The position numbers were made by a program, and so were the translations under genes. Shown here one piece after another: positions 19,460-29,055 of a stretch of DNA of 64,000 nt (the stretch's first letter is position 1; each line of letters opens with the position of its first letter). The DNA comes from Methanobacteriota archaeon (GTDB lineage Archaea; Thermoplasmatota; Thermoplasmata; SG8-5; JAGLSY01): NCBI GenBank assembly GCA_020697715.1, contig JAEHCO010000003.1, forward strand, positions 96,001-160,000, read 5' to 3'. Under the pieces are notes generated by a model. It saw only the letters and a program-made list of their open reading frames with translations. It made no database searches and was not told where the DNA came from.

Positions 19460-22400
19460 TTACCAATCAATCGTCCATACAATGTCTGTAACCGCATAAA
19501 CCCAGTAACCTTTTCCTGGTGTCATGACATACCCTGGCCCAACTTCTTGTAGATCGTAAGCCATGCTGGTATTGCAGACCTCGACCGCCGTTACAGTTGT
19601 CCCCCAGAAGGCATTGGCCACAGTTTCAGGAGTTGTGGTTGGATATGCCACGAGGTTCCAGCCCGCATATAATTGAATATCTGTGGAAATCGGTACGCTT
19701 CCGTAAACATCCAGTGTGCAGGCTTCTGTCGCCCTTATCCAGAATCCCATTGTGTGATCCAGATCATTCAGGTCATTGAACACGCTGGGCATGGAAGTTG
19801 AATATGTTTTCCAGTGGTCTGTAGCGTCGGTCGGATCGTAGAATTGGGCCGTGTCCCATTTGCCATCGATGGATGCCAGCACTGCCAGTATATCTGTATC
19901 CGCTTGCTCAAGTGGTAGTGAGATAAGATTCCAACCCACTTCCAGGTCTATGCCGAAGGAAGTTGGTGTGATGATGGTCAAGGCATAGTCACTTGCCTGG
20001 AATGGTGTGCCCCCATCATCATCATAGTACAGTATGACGGAGTTGTTCAGTGTGCCAGTTGCCGCGATATCTATTGAAACATTGATGTAAAGTGTACCGC
20101 TCACCCCTGGGGCGATATTACTCAATATCCACAGGTCGTCCCCAGTTCCTGGATTAAAGGGCAACATGGATGCATCTACAAATGTTACATCTGACGGATA
20201 AGCCTCATCCAATACGCAGGTATAGGCGGTCTCATCACCAATATTCTCGTAGGTGATGGTGTACATGATGGTGTCGCCAGCATTGGCAAATGGCGGCGCG
20301 GTCTTGTTGATGGTCATCAGAGGGCCAATTTGATCCACTATTGTGATCGCCATGTCAATAACAGGCGGCAATGCCATTCCAATAGAGTTCTCATAGTCCA
20401 ATGTCACTATGTTGGTAAGAGGACCAATAGCACCTGCATTGACCGTGACATTGATGTATATCACGCCTCCAGTGCCAGGAGCGACACTTCCGATATTCCA
20501 GACATTATCTCCTGCGCCTGGATTATCTGGAATCGGATTCGCATCAAGGAACGTGACCTCGATCGGATAGGTCTCGGTTATGACCACATTGTAAGCGGTG
20601 TCTGTCCCAACATTCTGATATGTGATCGTATACATGATGGTCTCGCCCGGAATAGCTGATACGGGCGCGGTCTTGGTCAATGCCATATATGGGCCAATGA
20701 TCAGAGTATCTGCCTCATCCCAATCCTGGCCACCATCATGCACGATGGTGACATTGTTTGTCAGGATAGTACCTAGTGGTACATCATTATCGATCTGAAC
20801 AGTAATCATTATCGTACCACTGGCTCCAGGAGCTATTGCTCCAATCATCCAAACATTGTTTCCCACATCTGGCATAGGAACAGAACTTACATAGCTGATA
20901 CCAACTGGGAATGTATCGGTTATGACCGAATTATATGCCCAGTCAGTTCCAATGTTTTCATAGGTGATTGTATAAGTGATCATCTCGCCAGGATTCGCTG
21001 TTGCTGGCGCGGTCTTGTCTATGGTCATGATCGGCTCTAATGGGACACCCTCTCCCACGTCTATCGTGACATTATCCCAATCATCCAGATAGCCCGGGAT
21101 GGTGTTCCATCTATCCAGGTAGAAGGCGCCCCATGGTGTTAGGTAATTATCATAGCTGCCTTCCATGATGTTCACCCACTGGGTGCCGGCCGTGTTCAAT
21201 GTCACGGTCGCCGTGTAGGTTCCGTCATTAGCTGCACCACCCAGGCCGTCGAAGCTCATTGGATGTGAGGTATCATTGACGAACCCAGCATCACCTGAAT
21301 GGAAGTTCATTAGGCCATCAGTATGCGTGAAATAACCCTGGGCCAGCATGCCATCCCGATCTAGCACATCATAGGTGAGCGGGAATGGTGTTCCCGCTGT
21401 CACATTGGCTGGCGGTAAATTGTATCTCACCTCATACGGAACACCGCTGATAATGTCCTGGCGGTGCGGTCCATTTGCCACATTGTAGACCGTGGCATTG
21501 TAACCATTGTTCATCCAGCCAGCAGATGAGCTATTGGCCAATATGTCTCCTCCATCCGTGTAATTGAACACATCTATGGAGAATTGGGCAAAGGTATTCG
21601 ACATCTCGCTTAAATTAATGTATGACATTGTGTAGGGATCGAACCATTCTATATTCACCTGTGAACCGGGATCCAGTCTTCCACTTGTATCCTGCATGAA
21701 ATTGTATTCCAGATTGCCTCCAGCGCCATTGTAATATGTGGTATAACCGTACACGACATAAGGATCGCATGGGCAGACGCAACCGGGGAAGTTGATGGTT
21801 CTTTCTGCCCCGGTAACAGCATTGCCATTACTGTCTTCCAGCCGGTATTGGTAGTCTATGAACCCTGCAACTCCGCCTGGTGCACTGACCTCGAAGCTGA
21901 AATCCGCTCCATAGCTTCCATTCCATGTTCCGTCAAGATCCATCGGGGTCCAGGGTCCATATGGACCTCCATTCTCACTTATGCAGTAATCGGCAACTGT
22001 GTAGTCAGTGAAATCATGATAATCTACCTTTATCGTTATGTCCATTGATGTGTCAAAGCTCATTCCATCTGCAGGTGATGTCACATCATAACCATGAATG
22101 GGGTCCGTGGTGTCATCAATTGTGTAGGTATAAGAGTCTGGAGTGATATCCAATATGCCTGTGGATGACCGTGCTTCAATAGTATAGTCTCCCAATGCCA
22201 GCCCATGTAGGTCAAGGGTGGCTGTGAATGTCGTGACAGCACCTATTGGAGTTGAAGGTGTCATGGGAATCCAGGCCCCTCCATCGATCCGGTAATCAGC
22301 TGATATGACATCCGCACTATCTCCGCCTGTGCTATCGCCCGTGACCGTCAATACAGCATCGTCTGGCAGTGTGCCCTGATATGGGTCCGGCGATATGGAA

Positions 22401-25400
22401 TCTATCGTGGTCTCTGGTTGGGTCATACCTCCTGTGGAGAAGGACCATGGATTAGGAACTGGGCCTGCAATAATTGGTATGCCGGCCATGTCCTCGCCCG
22501 ATAGTACTGTGACAGTGTAAACAGTGCTTGGAGCGAAGTCATTGAAGGTGATCATTAGGAGCGTGTCATTTGCAAACCAGGACATGCTCATTCCGCCAGG
22601 ATCTGGCATGATGGTCACCACGACAGTCCCGGTGTCCATTGCCTCAGGGAATTCTATGTATATGTCTTGGAAAATACTTGCTCCAACATAGCCATCTCCG
22701 GGAATTGTAGAGACAATATAAGGAGGTGCATCCATCGTGGTATCAAAGTCAAAGTACATATCACCAATCAATGGGTTTCCGGCCAGATCCTGATAGCCCG
22801 CTCCTGAAATATCTAGATAATAGATCGCATCTATAGCCAAAGCTCCATAGAATATTTGTATAGTGTCTGCGGTTACCCAGGATAGGAAAGTTCCAGGTAA
22901 GTTTGTGGTATAAGTGGAAATAGCATTGTTCATAGGTTCACTGAATACTATTGTATAGGTTCCTGGTGCAGCAGGGACACCAGTCGCCCCGTCTGCTGGA
23001 GTGACCGAGACAATATAAGGAGCTGTGGTATCTATCACATATGGGCCGAACTCGATATCTCCAGGTCCGACTGGTACTGGTTCAATACCTGTATCCGTTG
23101 CAGTGAAGTAGTAGGTTCCATCCGCTATCGCAGAAGCAGCAGTCCAGGTCCCATCTGGACTGGCATCTGTACCCCAAAGTACCCAATTGACTCCACCATC
23201 ATCAGAGTACCAGAAATCAACAGTCAATGCCAGTCCTTCGTCATAGGTTATTATTGGTGTATTGTCATTAGATGGTGAAGGTGGCTGGACATCGATGATC
23301 TCAGCCTCATGTGAGTGTGTATGGGAGGCTTGCCAGCTCTGCCACATATACCCGTTGTCAATGAAGGTGGATATCTGGTCCGCAGCAGCGTATGTACCGT
23401 CACCCTGCGGTGTCGAGCCCAATTTTCCACAGTACATATCTTGAGCTGGGTTATTAAGGAGAGATCCCTGCATCCACATCTTGTAATTGGTCCCATCGCC
23501 GCCTGGCTCTCCTATCTGCATGGTTATTCGGTAGTAGGCTTGATCCATATGGGAATCATCCAGAGGTGAGTATCCATTTACCCCTGTCTCATCATATATC
23601 TCTGGCAGCGCAGGGCCATAATCTGGATAATACAATCCATCGAAATTCTCATCACAAGAGAGTATGAGATTGGTAGTTGCATCAGTCTCCCCCGACAATA
23701 TTGTGCCAGTATCATCAGTGATATAGCCCTCAAGCAAATATGGGGCAGGGCTCCAAGCTAGAGGATCAAAGCCTCCACCATCATTGAACAATTGATCTAC
23801 TGGCTTAGGTTTAGCTCGATTGGTATTCACATCATCCCCGCTTATCCAGGTGTATGTCGATGATGAATTGAAATAGACCATCCAGCCCTCTCCACTTGGG
23901 CTCAATGGTTCAGGGTCGAAAAAGTCTGGTGTTATCAGGGATCGGCCCGTGAAGCTGTGACCTGTGAATATCGTACTCAGATCTGGCATGCGCCATTGGC
24001 TGTCCTTGTCAACCAGCATCCAGTCGCTCAGCTGGTTTCCGTAAGTGTCATTCGAGTTCTTGAATACCTCGAATGGTGTGCTGATAGCTTCATAGCCAGC
24101 TGGTAGATCCCTTGTGTACTTGCTGACTGAATAAGAGCTGTTCCCAAGCTCCAGCAGGATATTCTCCGCGGCTACAATGTAATACTTCGCACCGAGGGTG
24201 ATATTTGCGTTTACATCTGTGTAAAATGTATTGGTTCCAGAATATACTGGAGCACCGAAATCAAAGGTGTCCAGGCTCCTGCTTGTGGAAGTGAATAACT
24301 TATACTGACTTGCTCCCGCAACTGGATCCCAATCCAGGTAAAGGTCATTCCCGCTCCATTGGATGTTGAAATTATCCGGCGCTGGCAATATCAGCGACTC
24401 GCTCTCGGTCATGCGTATCTGCTCTGCTGGCCATCCATACCATGTATAGGTTGTAGAGGCAGACAAATAGACCATGAAGCCGTCCTCGAGATAATCTATA
24501 TCACCAGATGGTATGAAGGGGGGTGTGGTCGGCATTCGTCCTAGCCAGCCAGTGCCGGGAGTGTATGTAAAAGCAGATTCGATGTTTGGGACTTTCCTGA
24601 CAGATCCCAGGTTGGTTAATATCCAATCAGACAGCACATTTCCCCAGCTATCCACATCTTCAGGGAATGGCTGAAGCGGACAGCCAAGTATCGAATAACC
24701 AGCAGGCAACTGTATGGTTTGCTTGCCAACTGTCGCACTGGAAGTTCCTTCCTCCCCTACATCGACCGATCTAAGACAGTAGTAATATTCGGGCGAGCCA
24801 GCTATCGCTCCCACATCCGTGTAGCTCATTGTTCCCTGAGGCACATTTGCGATCGGAGTTGAGAAGTCAATTGCATCCGCATATTCTCCTCTGTAGATAT
24901 TGTAGCTGTCTGCCCCGACAGTATCAGTCCATGTGATAGTGATGTCTGCATCAATAGTCTGATCAATAGGAGAGACCCTCACATTCGTTGGTGCGGGGAT
25001 CAAGCCAGAGGGCTTCTCATCTGTTCCAGTATCTGTGAAAATTGTATCATCCGGCGTGAATCCATACTCTGAATCGAATTCGATCGTGCATGGATTACCC
25101 ACCCATATCCAGTATCCCCAGGCAAATTGGGTATTGACAACCCAGTTCTTGCTAGCCATTCCAGGGAAGTACATGGTATTCACATATGATTCGAATAACT
25201 GGGTGTCCTGGTTCCACTTGCTCACGATTATCTCGTTCTGGGTCACACCAGTCTGTAGATTTAGGTCAATAGATCCATCTGTGAAGTCATTGGCCGACAG
25301 CTCGGAATTCCAGCCACCTGGGAAAGGCCCAAAGGTGTCATTGTGCGGGAACCCGATGAAATTCCATTCTCCAGTGACCAGGCTGACCTCTTTATCTGCC

Positions 25401-27304
25401 GGGTCTGCTATTTCCAGAGCCTCGACGGTCACGATACCCCCTACTGGAGAGTATATCCTGTAGCCATGGACGAAGTCCGTCGGCAGGTCATTGCTAGCCC
25501 CTTCTATTGTGCCATAATCAAAGCCCGTATAAGCACTGGGATTTCCACCACTTCTCATGCCTATCTGATAGGCCGCTGGCCCCAGATCTGCCGCGATCTC
25601 TCTCAAGACATCAAAGGCTCCGAATACTCCATCGCCTCCCTTGTCTATGGGGTCCATGGGAATGCTGATATCATTGATGCCAGGCACTAGATTCCATTGG
25701 AAAGAACTGCTTCCAGCCACCACTATCATGGCGGTTTCCCAATCGTCCTTGTATCCGGGGGTTGTTCCGCCATCTTGTAGGTAGAAATCACCCCAAGGTG
25801 TGAGGTGGTCTGGACCATCTGGAGTTGGCATATCCCCGCCTTCAGAAATTGTAACAGAATGCATACCTCCAGATAATAAGGTCACTGCCGCGGTGTATGT
25901 TCCATCAGTCACCGCGCCATCAAGACCATCGAAGGTAATTGGATGTGCCATGTCATTGGTCCACAGAAGATCAGTGCACTCGAAATCGAAAGGTCCATCA
26001 GCCGCATATGTGAAATAACCCTCTGCCAGATCTCCATCCCTGTCCAGTATCTCGTAGGTCAGGGGAAATGGGGCTCCAGAAGCCACTGCGCCAGGTGGTA
26101 GAACATAAGCCACCTCATAAGGCACGCCGAACATCACGTCCTGCCTTATCCCGCCAGGACTTCCAATGACATCTATCGTGGTGTAATTGTATCCGTTGTT
26201 GCCCCAGCCATCTGAAACTCCGTTCACCTTGACGATTCCTCCGTCTGCGTAATCACGGATGTCAACTGCGAACTGGGCAGTAACTGGGTTTGAAGTGGTG
26301 GATATGGTATTATAGCTTCTAGAAGAGGCATTCCACCAAGTAATGTCAACTTGCGAGCCAGGGTCCAGTCTTCCATAGGCCTGCTCGGCTGGATTCCATT
26401 CCATCGCGCCTGCTTGGCCATTATAGTAAGTGGTGTAGCCGTAGATCGTGTATGGGTCTGGTATTACAGTGTCAAGCACCCAGGGGCCGAAATCCGGTGT
26501 GCTTGGAACTCCAAATGGGTCCCCGGCGAAATAATAAGTGCCATCTGCAAGTGGGGGTGATGTGAAGACCTCGTCCATGTCTGAGTCAGTACCCAGGAAG
26601 TTCCAAGTGGAACCAGCATTATCTGAATAATATATGTCCCATGAGCAAGTGCAGGTATCTATGTAGATAGTGGGAGTATTATTAATTGAGGGGGTGGCTG
26701 GCTGGACATCTATGACATTAAAGTAATGCATTCCTGCCGCTGGTATCTGGAAATCCTGCATAAGTGAACCACCTGAGCTCGGGAAGGTAAATATCTGGTC
26801 TGCGGGGAGGTATGTTCCATCACCTTGAGGAACAGCTCCAGGTACTCCGCAGTACCCATCCATAGATGGTGTGTTGAGCTTGGAACCTTCGATCCAGATC
26901 TTGTATTCCATGTCATAGCCGCCTGGCTGACCAGCAGCCATTGCAAGCTGAACATATCCACCAGGTGGACCGAATTCCACGAAAGCATCGTTTAATGCTG
27001 CATTTCCACCAACTCCATTCTCATCATAACTGTTTGGTGTAATTGGCTCGACAGGATAGTAAATGCCATTTCCATCCTCATTCACACTCAATACTATGTT
27101 CACAGTGGCATCGAATTCGACATTATTGGCAATGCTTGTGCCATCTGAATTCAATATATATCCGCTAAATGAAAACACCGCAGGCCAAACATCAGCCTCG
27201 TCCACGACATTCTTGCTGATGACGACAGATGGCATTACCATCAAAATTAGTATTATAATTGACAACACTGGGCTCAAATAATTCTTCTTTGCAAATCTGT
27301 TCAA
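19460..27304 (-). CDS. Giant (about 2600 aa) secreted/surface multidomain protein with internal duplications, FN3-like, Big_5 and DUF11 domains
   Basis: Signal peptide after TTG start with SD GGAGAGGAG; 3x KTAP...YTITYxNxG (DUF11); FSEPM/FPEAM Ig domains; C-terminal GWNLISLP...GWNLVAYP...GYWV. Confidence 0.88.
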   Translation of the reverse strand: MNRFAKKNYLSPVLSIIILILMVMPSVVISKNVVDEADVWPAVFSFSGYILNSDGTSIANNVEFDATVNIVLSVNEDGNGIYYPVEPITPNSYDENGVGGNAALNDAFVEFGPPGGYVQLAMAAGQPGGYDMEYKIWIEGSKLNTPSMDGYCGVPGAVPQGDGTYLPADQIFTFPSSGGSLMQDFQIPAAGMHYFNVIDVQPATPSINNTPTIYIDTCTCSWDIYYSDNAGSTWNFLGTDSDMDEVFTSPPLADGTYYFAGDPFGVPSTPDFGPWVLDTVIPDPYTIYGYTTYYNGQAGAMEWNPAEQAYGRLDPGSQVDITWWNASSRSYNTISTTSNPVTAQFAVDIRDYADGGIVKVNGVSDGWGNNGYNYTTIDVIGSPGGIRQDVMFGVPYEVAYVLPPGAVASGAPFPLTYEILDRDGDLAEGYFTYAADGPFDFECTDLLWTNDMAHPITFDGLDGAVTDGTYTAAVTLLSGGMHSVTISEGGDMPTPDGPDHLTPWGDFYLQDGGTTPGYKDDWETAMIVVAGSSSFQWNLVPGINDISIPMDPIDKGGDGVFGAFDVLREIAADLGPAAYQIGMRSGGNPSAYTGFDYGTIEGASNDLPTDFVHGYRIYSPVGGIVTVEALEIADPADKEVSLVTGEWNFIGFPHNDTFGPFPGGWNSELSANDFTDGSIDLNLQTGVTQNEIIVSKWNQDTQLFESYVNTMYFPGMASKNWVVNTQFAWGYWIWVGNPCTIEFDSEYGFTPDDTIFTDTGTDEKPSGLIPAPTNVRVSPIDQTIDADITITWTDTVGADSYNIYRGEYADAIDFSTPIANVPQGTMSYTDVGAIAGSPEYYYCLRSVDVGEEGTSSATVGKQTIQLPAGYSILGCPLQPFPEDVDSWGNVLSDWILTNLGSVRKVPNIESAFTYTPGTGWLGRMPTTPPFIPSGDIDYLEDGFMVYLSASTTYTWYGWPAEQIRMTESESLILPAPDNFNIQWSGNDLYLDWDPVAGASQYKLFTSTSRSLDTFDFGAPVYSGTNTFYTDVNANITLGAKYYIVAAENILLELGNSSYSVSKYTRDLPAGYEAISTPFEVFKNSNDTYGNQLSDWMLVDKDSQWRMPDLSTIFTGHSFTGRSLITPDFFDPEPLSPSGEGWMVYFNSSSTYTWISGDDVNTNRAKPKPVDQLFNDGGGFDPLAWSPAPYLLEGYITDDTGTILSGETDATTNLILSCDENFDGLYYPDYGPALPEIYDETGVNGYSPLDDSHMDQAYYRITMQIGEPGGDGTNYKMWMQGSLLNNPAQDMYCGKLGSTPQGDGTYAAADQISTFIDNGYMWQSWQASHTHSHEAEIIDVQPPSPSNDNTPIITYDEGLALTVDFWYSDDGGVNWVLWGTDASPDGTWTAASAIADGTYYFTATDTGIEPVPVGPGDIEFGPYVIDTTAPYIVSVTPADGATGVPAAPGTYTIVFSEPMNNAISTYTTNLPGTFLSWVTADTIQIFYGALAIDAIYYLDISGAGYQDLAGNPLIGDMYFDFDTTMDAPPYIVSTIPGDGYVGASIFQDIYIEFPEAMDTGTVVVTIMPDPGGMSMSWFANDTLLMITFNDFAPSTVYTVTVLSGEDMAGIPIIAGPVPNPWSFSTGGMTQPETTIDSISPDPYQGTLPDDAVLTVTGDSTGGDSADVISADYRIDGGAWIPMTPSTPIGAVTTFTATLDLHGLALGDYTIEARSSTGILDITPDSYTYTIDDTTDPIHGYDVTSPADGMSFDTSMDITIKVDYHDFTDYTVADYCISENGGPYGPWTPMDLDGTWNGSYGADFSFEVSAPGGVAGFIDYQYRLEDSNGNAVTGAERTINFPGCVCPCDPYVVYGYTTYYNGAGGNLEYNFMQDTSGRLDPGSQVNIEWFDPYTMSYINLSEMSNTFAQFSIDVFNYTDGGDILANSSSAGWMNNGYNATVYNVANGPHRQDIISGVPYEVRYNLPPANVTAGTPFPLTYDVLDRDGMLAQGYFTHTDGLMNFHSGDAGFVNDTSHPMSFDGLGGAANDGTYTATVTLNTAGTQWVNIMEGSYDNYLTPWGAFYLDRWNTIPGYLDDWDNVTIDVGEGVPLEPIMTIDKTAPATANPGEMITYTITYENIGTDWAYNSVITDTFPVGISYVSSVPMPDVGNNVWMIGAIAPGASGTIMITVQIDNDVPLGTILTNNVTIVHDGGQDWDEADTLIIGPYMALTKTAPVSAIPGETIMYTITYQNVGTDTAYNVVITETYPIEVTFLDANPIPDNPGAGDNVWNIGSVAPGTGGVIYINVTVNAGAIGPLTNIVTLDYENSIGMALPPVIDMAITIVDQIGPLMTINKTAPPFANAGDTIMYTITYENIGDETAYTCVLDEAYPSDVTFVDASMLPFNPGTGDDLWILSNIAPGVSGTLYINVSIDIAATGTLNNSVILYYDDDGGTPFQASDYALTIITPTSFGIDLEVGWNLISLPLEQADTDILAVLASIDGKWDTAQFYDPTDATDHWKTYSTSMPSVFNDLNDLDHTMGFWIRATEACTLDVYGSVPISTDIQLYAGWNLVAYPTTTPETVANAFWGTTVTAVEVCNTSMAYDLQEVGPGYVMTPGKGYWVYAVTDIVWTIDW

Positions 27305-27415
27305 ACTCTCCTCTCCATAGTATATTGTTAATGGGGTTGGTAGTTTAAATAGCTTATGCACACGCGTGCACAATTGTTAATAATATGCTTTATCTACTAA
27401 TTTTAACTAGGATCA

Positions 27416-28450
27416 TCATACTTTATATCGGAGCAAGGCCCCCACATCTCCAATGGATTCCAGCTTCCTGCCAGCATCATGCAAGGTGCTTATCACCACC
27501 ACCTTGCTCTTGCTCTCTTCTGTCTTATTGAGGAGCTTTTCATATTTCCTGCTCCTCATCGCTTTGTCGGTTATCAGGACAGTTTCAACCGCTCCCGCAT
27601 CCAGGCAGTTCCCTACGTCCGCCACTCCATAGGCGAAGGCTCCGTCTTTGGCGATCTCGGCCATCAGATCCTCTATCAACTTGGTCTCGACAGCCACCCT
27701 GGATTCCTTCAGGACTTCAGACCCAATGCCTTTTTTCATCACCTCCTGCACAGCGGCCATGCCCGACTGGCCGGTGGAAAGCACATGAAGGCCTTTGGCG
27801 ATCGGCCTTTTCTTATCCCGGATGTAATTTGAGAAGTTCTCTTTCTCAAAACCTGGGCCGAGGACGATGCACACCCCTTCACCAGCAATGGATTCGAGCT
27901 TGGCCAGAACCTCTGGATAAAATTCATTTTTGCCTGGTTTCTTGGTCGTGTACTGCTTGCCAGAAGCATTCGATCGTATCTTCGCGACCTCTTTAATTCC
28001 ATACTCGCGAAGTTGGACCAGCACCGCTTCTTCCTCATCGATCGCGACAAAGGTTATGAGTGGGCGCTCGACAGCCTTTTCAGCATCGAAGAGCCTGTCC
28101 ATCAGCTCCCTTCGCCAGACCTTGATAACCGAAAGATCCTCGCCAACAGAAAGATTGAATGTGTGATAGGAGCCGATGTCCTGCGGCCCCTCCTCTATCA
28201 CGCCGTGTATCCTGAGCCAGTCTGTGAATTCATGGAACTCCACACTCTCAACGCGGATGCCGAGGCGCATCTTTCTTTTCTCGCCTCGCTCGGCTCTGAG
28301 CTTATCATCCTTGGATTCCTCCCTGCGAGTTGTGAGAGCGAAGGCTAGATCATCCTTTTCGACAATATTGTACAGTTGCCAGAGGTCGTCCTCGGTCTGT
28401 ATGAGGATTTTTATCTCACCGCTCTTAGGGTCTTTCTTGAGGATCTTCAC
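27416..28450 (-). CDS. pelA: Pelota/Dom34 ribosome rescue factor
   Basis: EDDLWQLYNIV, GSYHTFNL, GPGFEK, AYG and GALLRYK motifs. Confidence 0.95.
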   Translation of the reverse strand: MKILKKDPKSGEIKILIQTEDDLWQLYNIVEKDDLAFALTTRREESKDDKLRAERGEKRKMRLGIRVESVEFHEFTDWLRIHGVIEEGPQDIGSYHTFNLSVGEDLSVIKVWRRELMDRLFDAEKAVERPLITFVAIDEEEAVLVQLREYGIKEVAKIRSNASGKQYTTKKPGKNEFYPEVLAKLESIAGEGVCIVLGPGFEKENFSNYIRDKKRPIAKGLHVLSTGQSGMAAVQEVMKKGIGSEVLKESRVAVETKLIEDLMAEIAKDGAFAYGVADVGNCLDAGAVETVLITDKAMRSRKYEKLLNKTEESKSKVVVISTLHDAGRKLESIGDVGALLRYKV

Positions 28451-28654
28451 GTATATTCCTTCTGAACCAAGATTGAGGGTTGTGTATATGAATTATACGT
28501 AAGACGGTTTTCACATACTGGCCCAATGTACGACATAATAATCTGCCGTAACCTCATCATTATAATTCTACTGAACTCGAAGCTGAATAAAGCTTCGATA
28601 GCCGAGGTTATGGCCCATGTATGATGACATACTGGACTTCTGTCCAGATTGTTA

Positions 28655-28777
28655 TCAGATCTGTACTATCCCGTAGATCGTGAAGGCAGCCAGCGAGAAT
28701 GAAACAAAACCCCATTTCATTGCCGCGAACCTCTGCCTTTCATCCATCCCATATATAATGCTTAGACTTTCGTCCAT
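28655..28777 (-). CDS. Putative 40-aa leaderless small membrane protein (not in ORF track)
   Basis: MDESLSIIYGMDERQRFAAMKWGFVSFSLAAFTIYGIVQI*; ATG about 23 nt downstream of TTTATATA (28807-28800). Confidence 0.5.
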   Translation of the reverse strand: MDESLSIIYGMDERQRFAAMKWGFVSFSLAAFTIYGIVQI

Positions 28778-29055
28778 AGATATCCCATCCAAGCAGGTAT
28801 ATATAAATAAATATATAAAAGTCTTTCGTAATATAAATTAAGCAATTAGCCATTGAACAAAATTATATTAAATAATAATATTGATATATATTTGTTTATC
28901 ACGCTGTTTTTCACCATGTTTATTTTGTATATCGTGATGATCGGAAATAACACTATCGCATGATATAGAAAATATAAAAACATTATATATCCAAAAAAGA
29001 ATGCAAGTCGGGATTCGATATCGAATTCAGATCGGAATTAAAAAGGGGTTTTCAG

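Noticed and set aside
19460-27304. Internal duplications as DGR template/variable repeats
   Set aside because: The copies are old protein-level duplications without visible adenine-specific mismatches, and no reverse transcriptase is in the window
28550-28650. C/D box sRNA or hammerhead ribozyme (ATGATGA on both strands)
   Set aside because: No properly placed downstream CTGA box and no CUGANGA/GAAA core
28790-28990. Very AT-rich tract as a replication origin
   Set aside because: No ORB repeats or cdc6 gene; explained by divergent promoters
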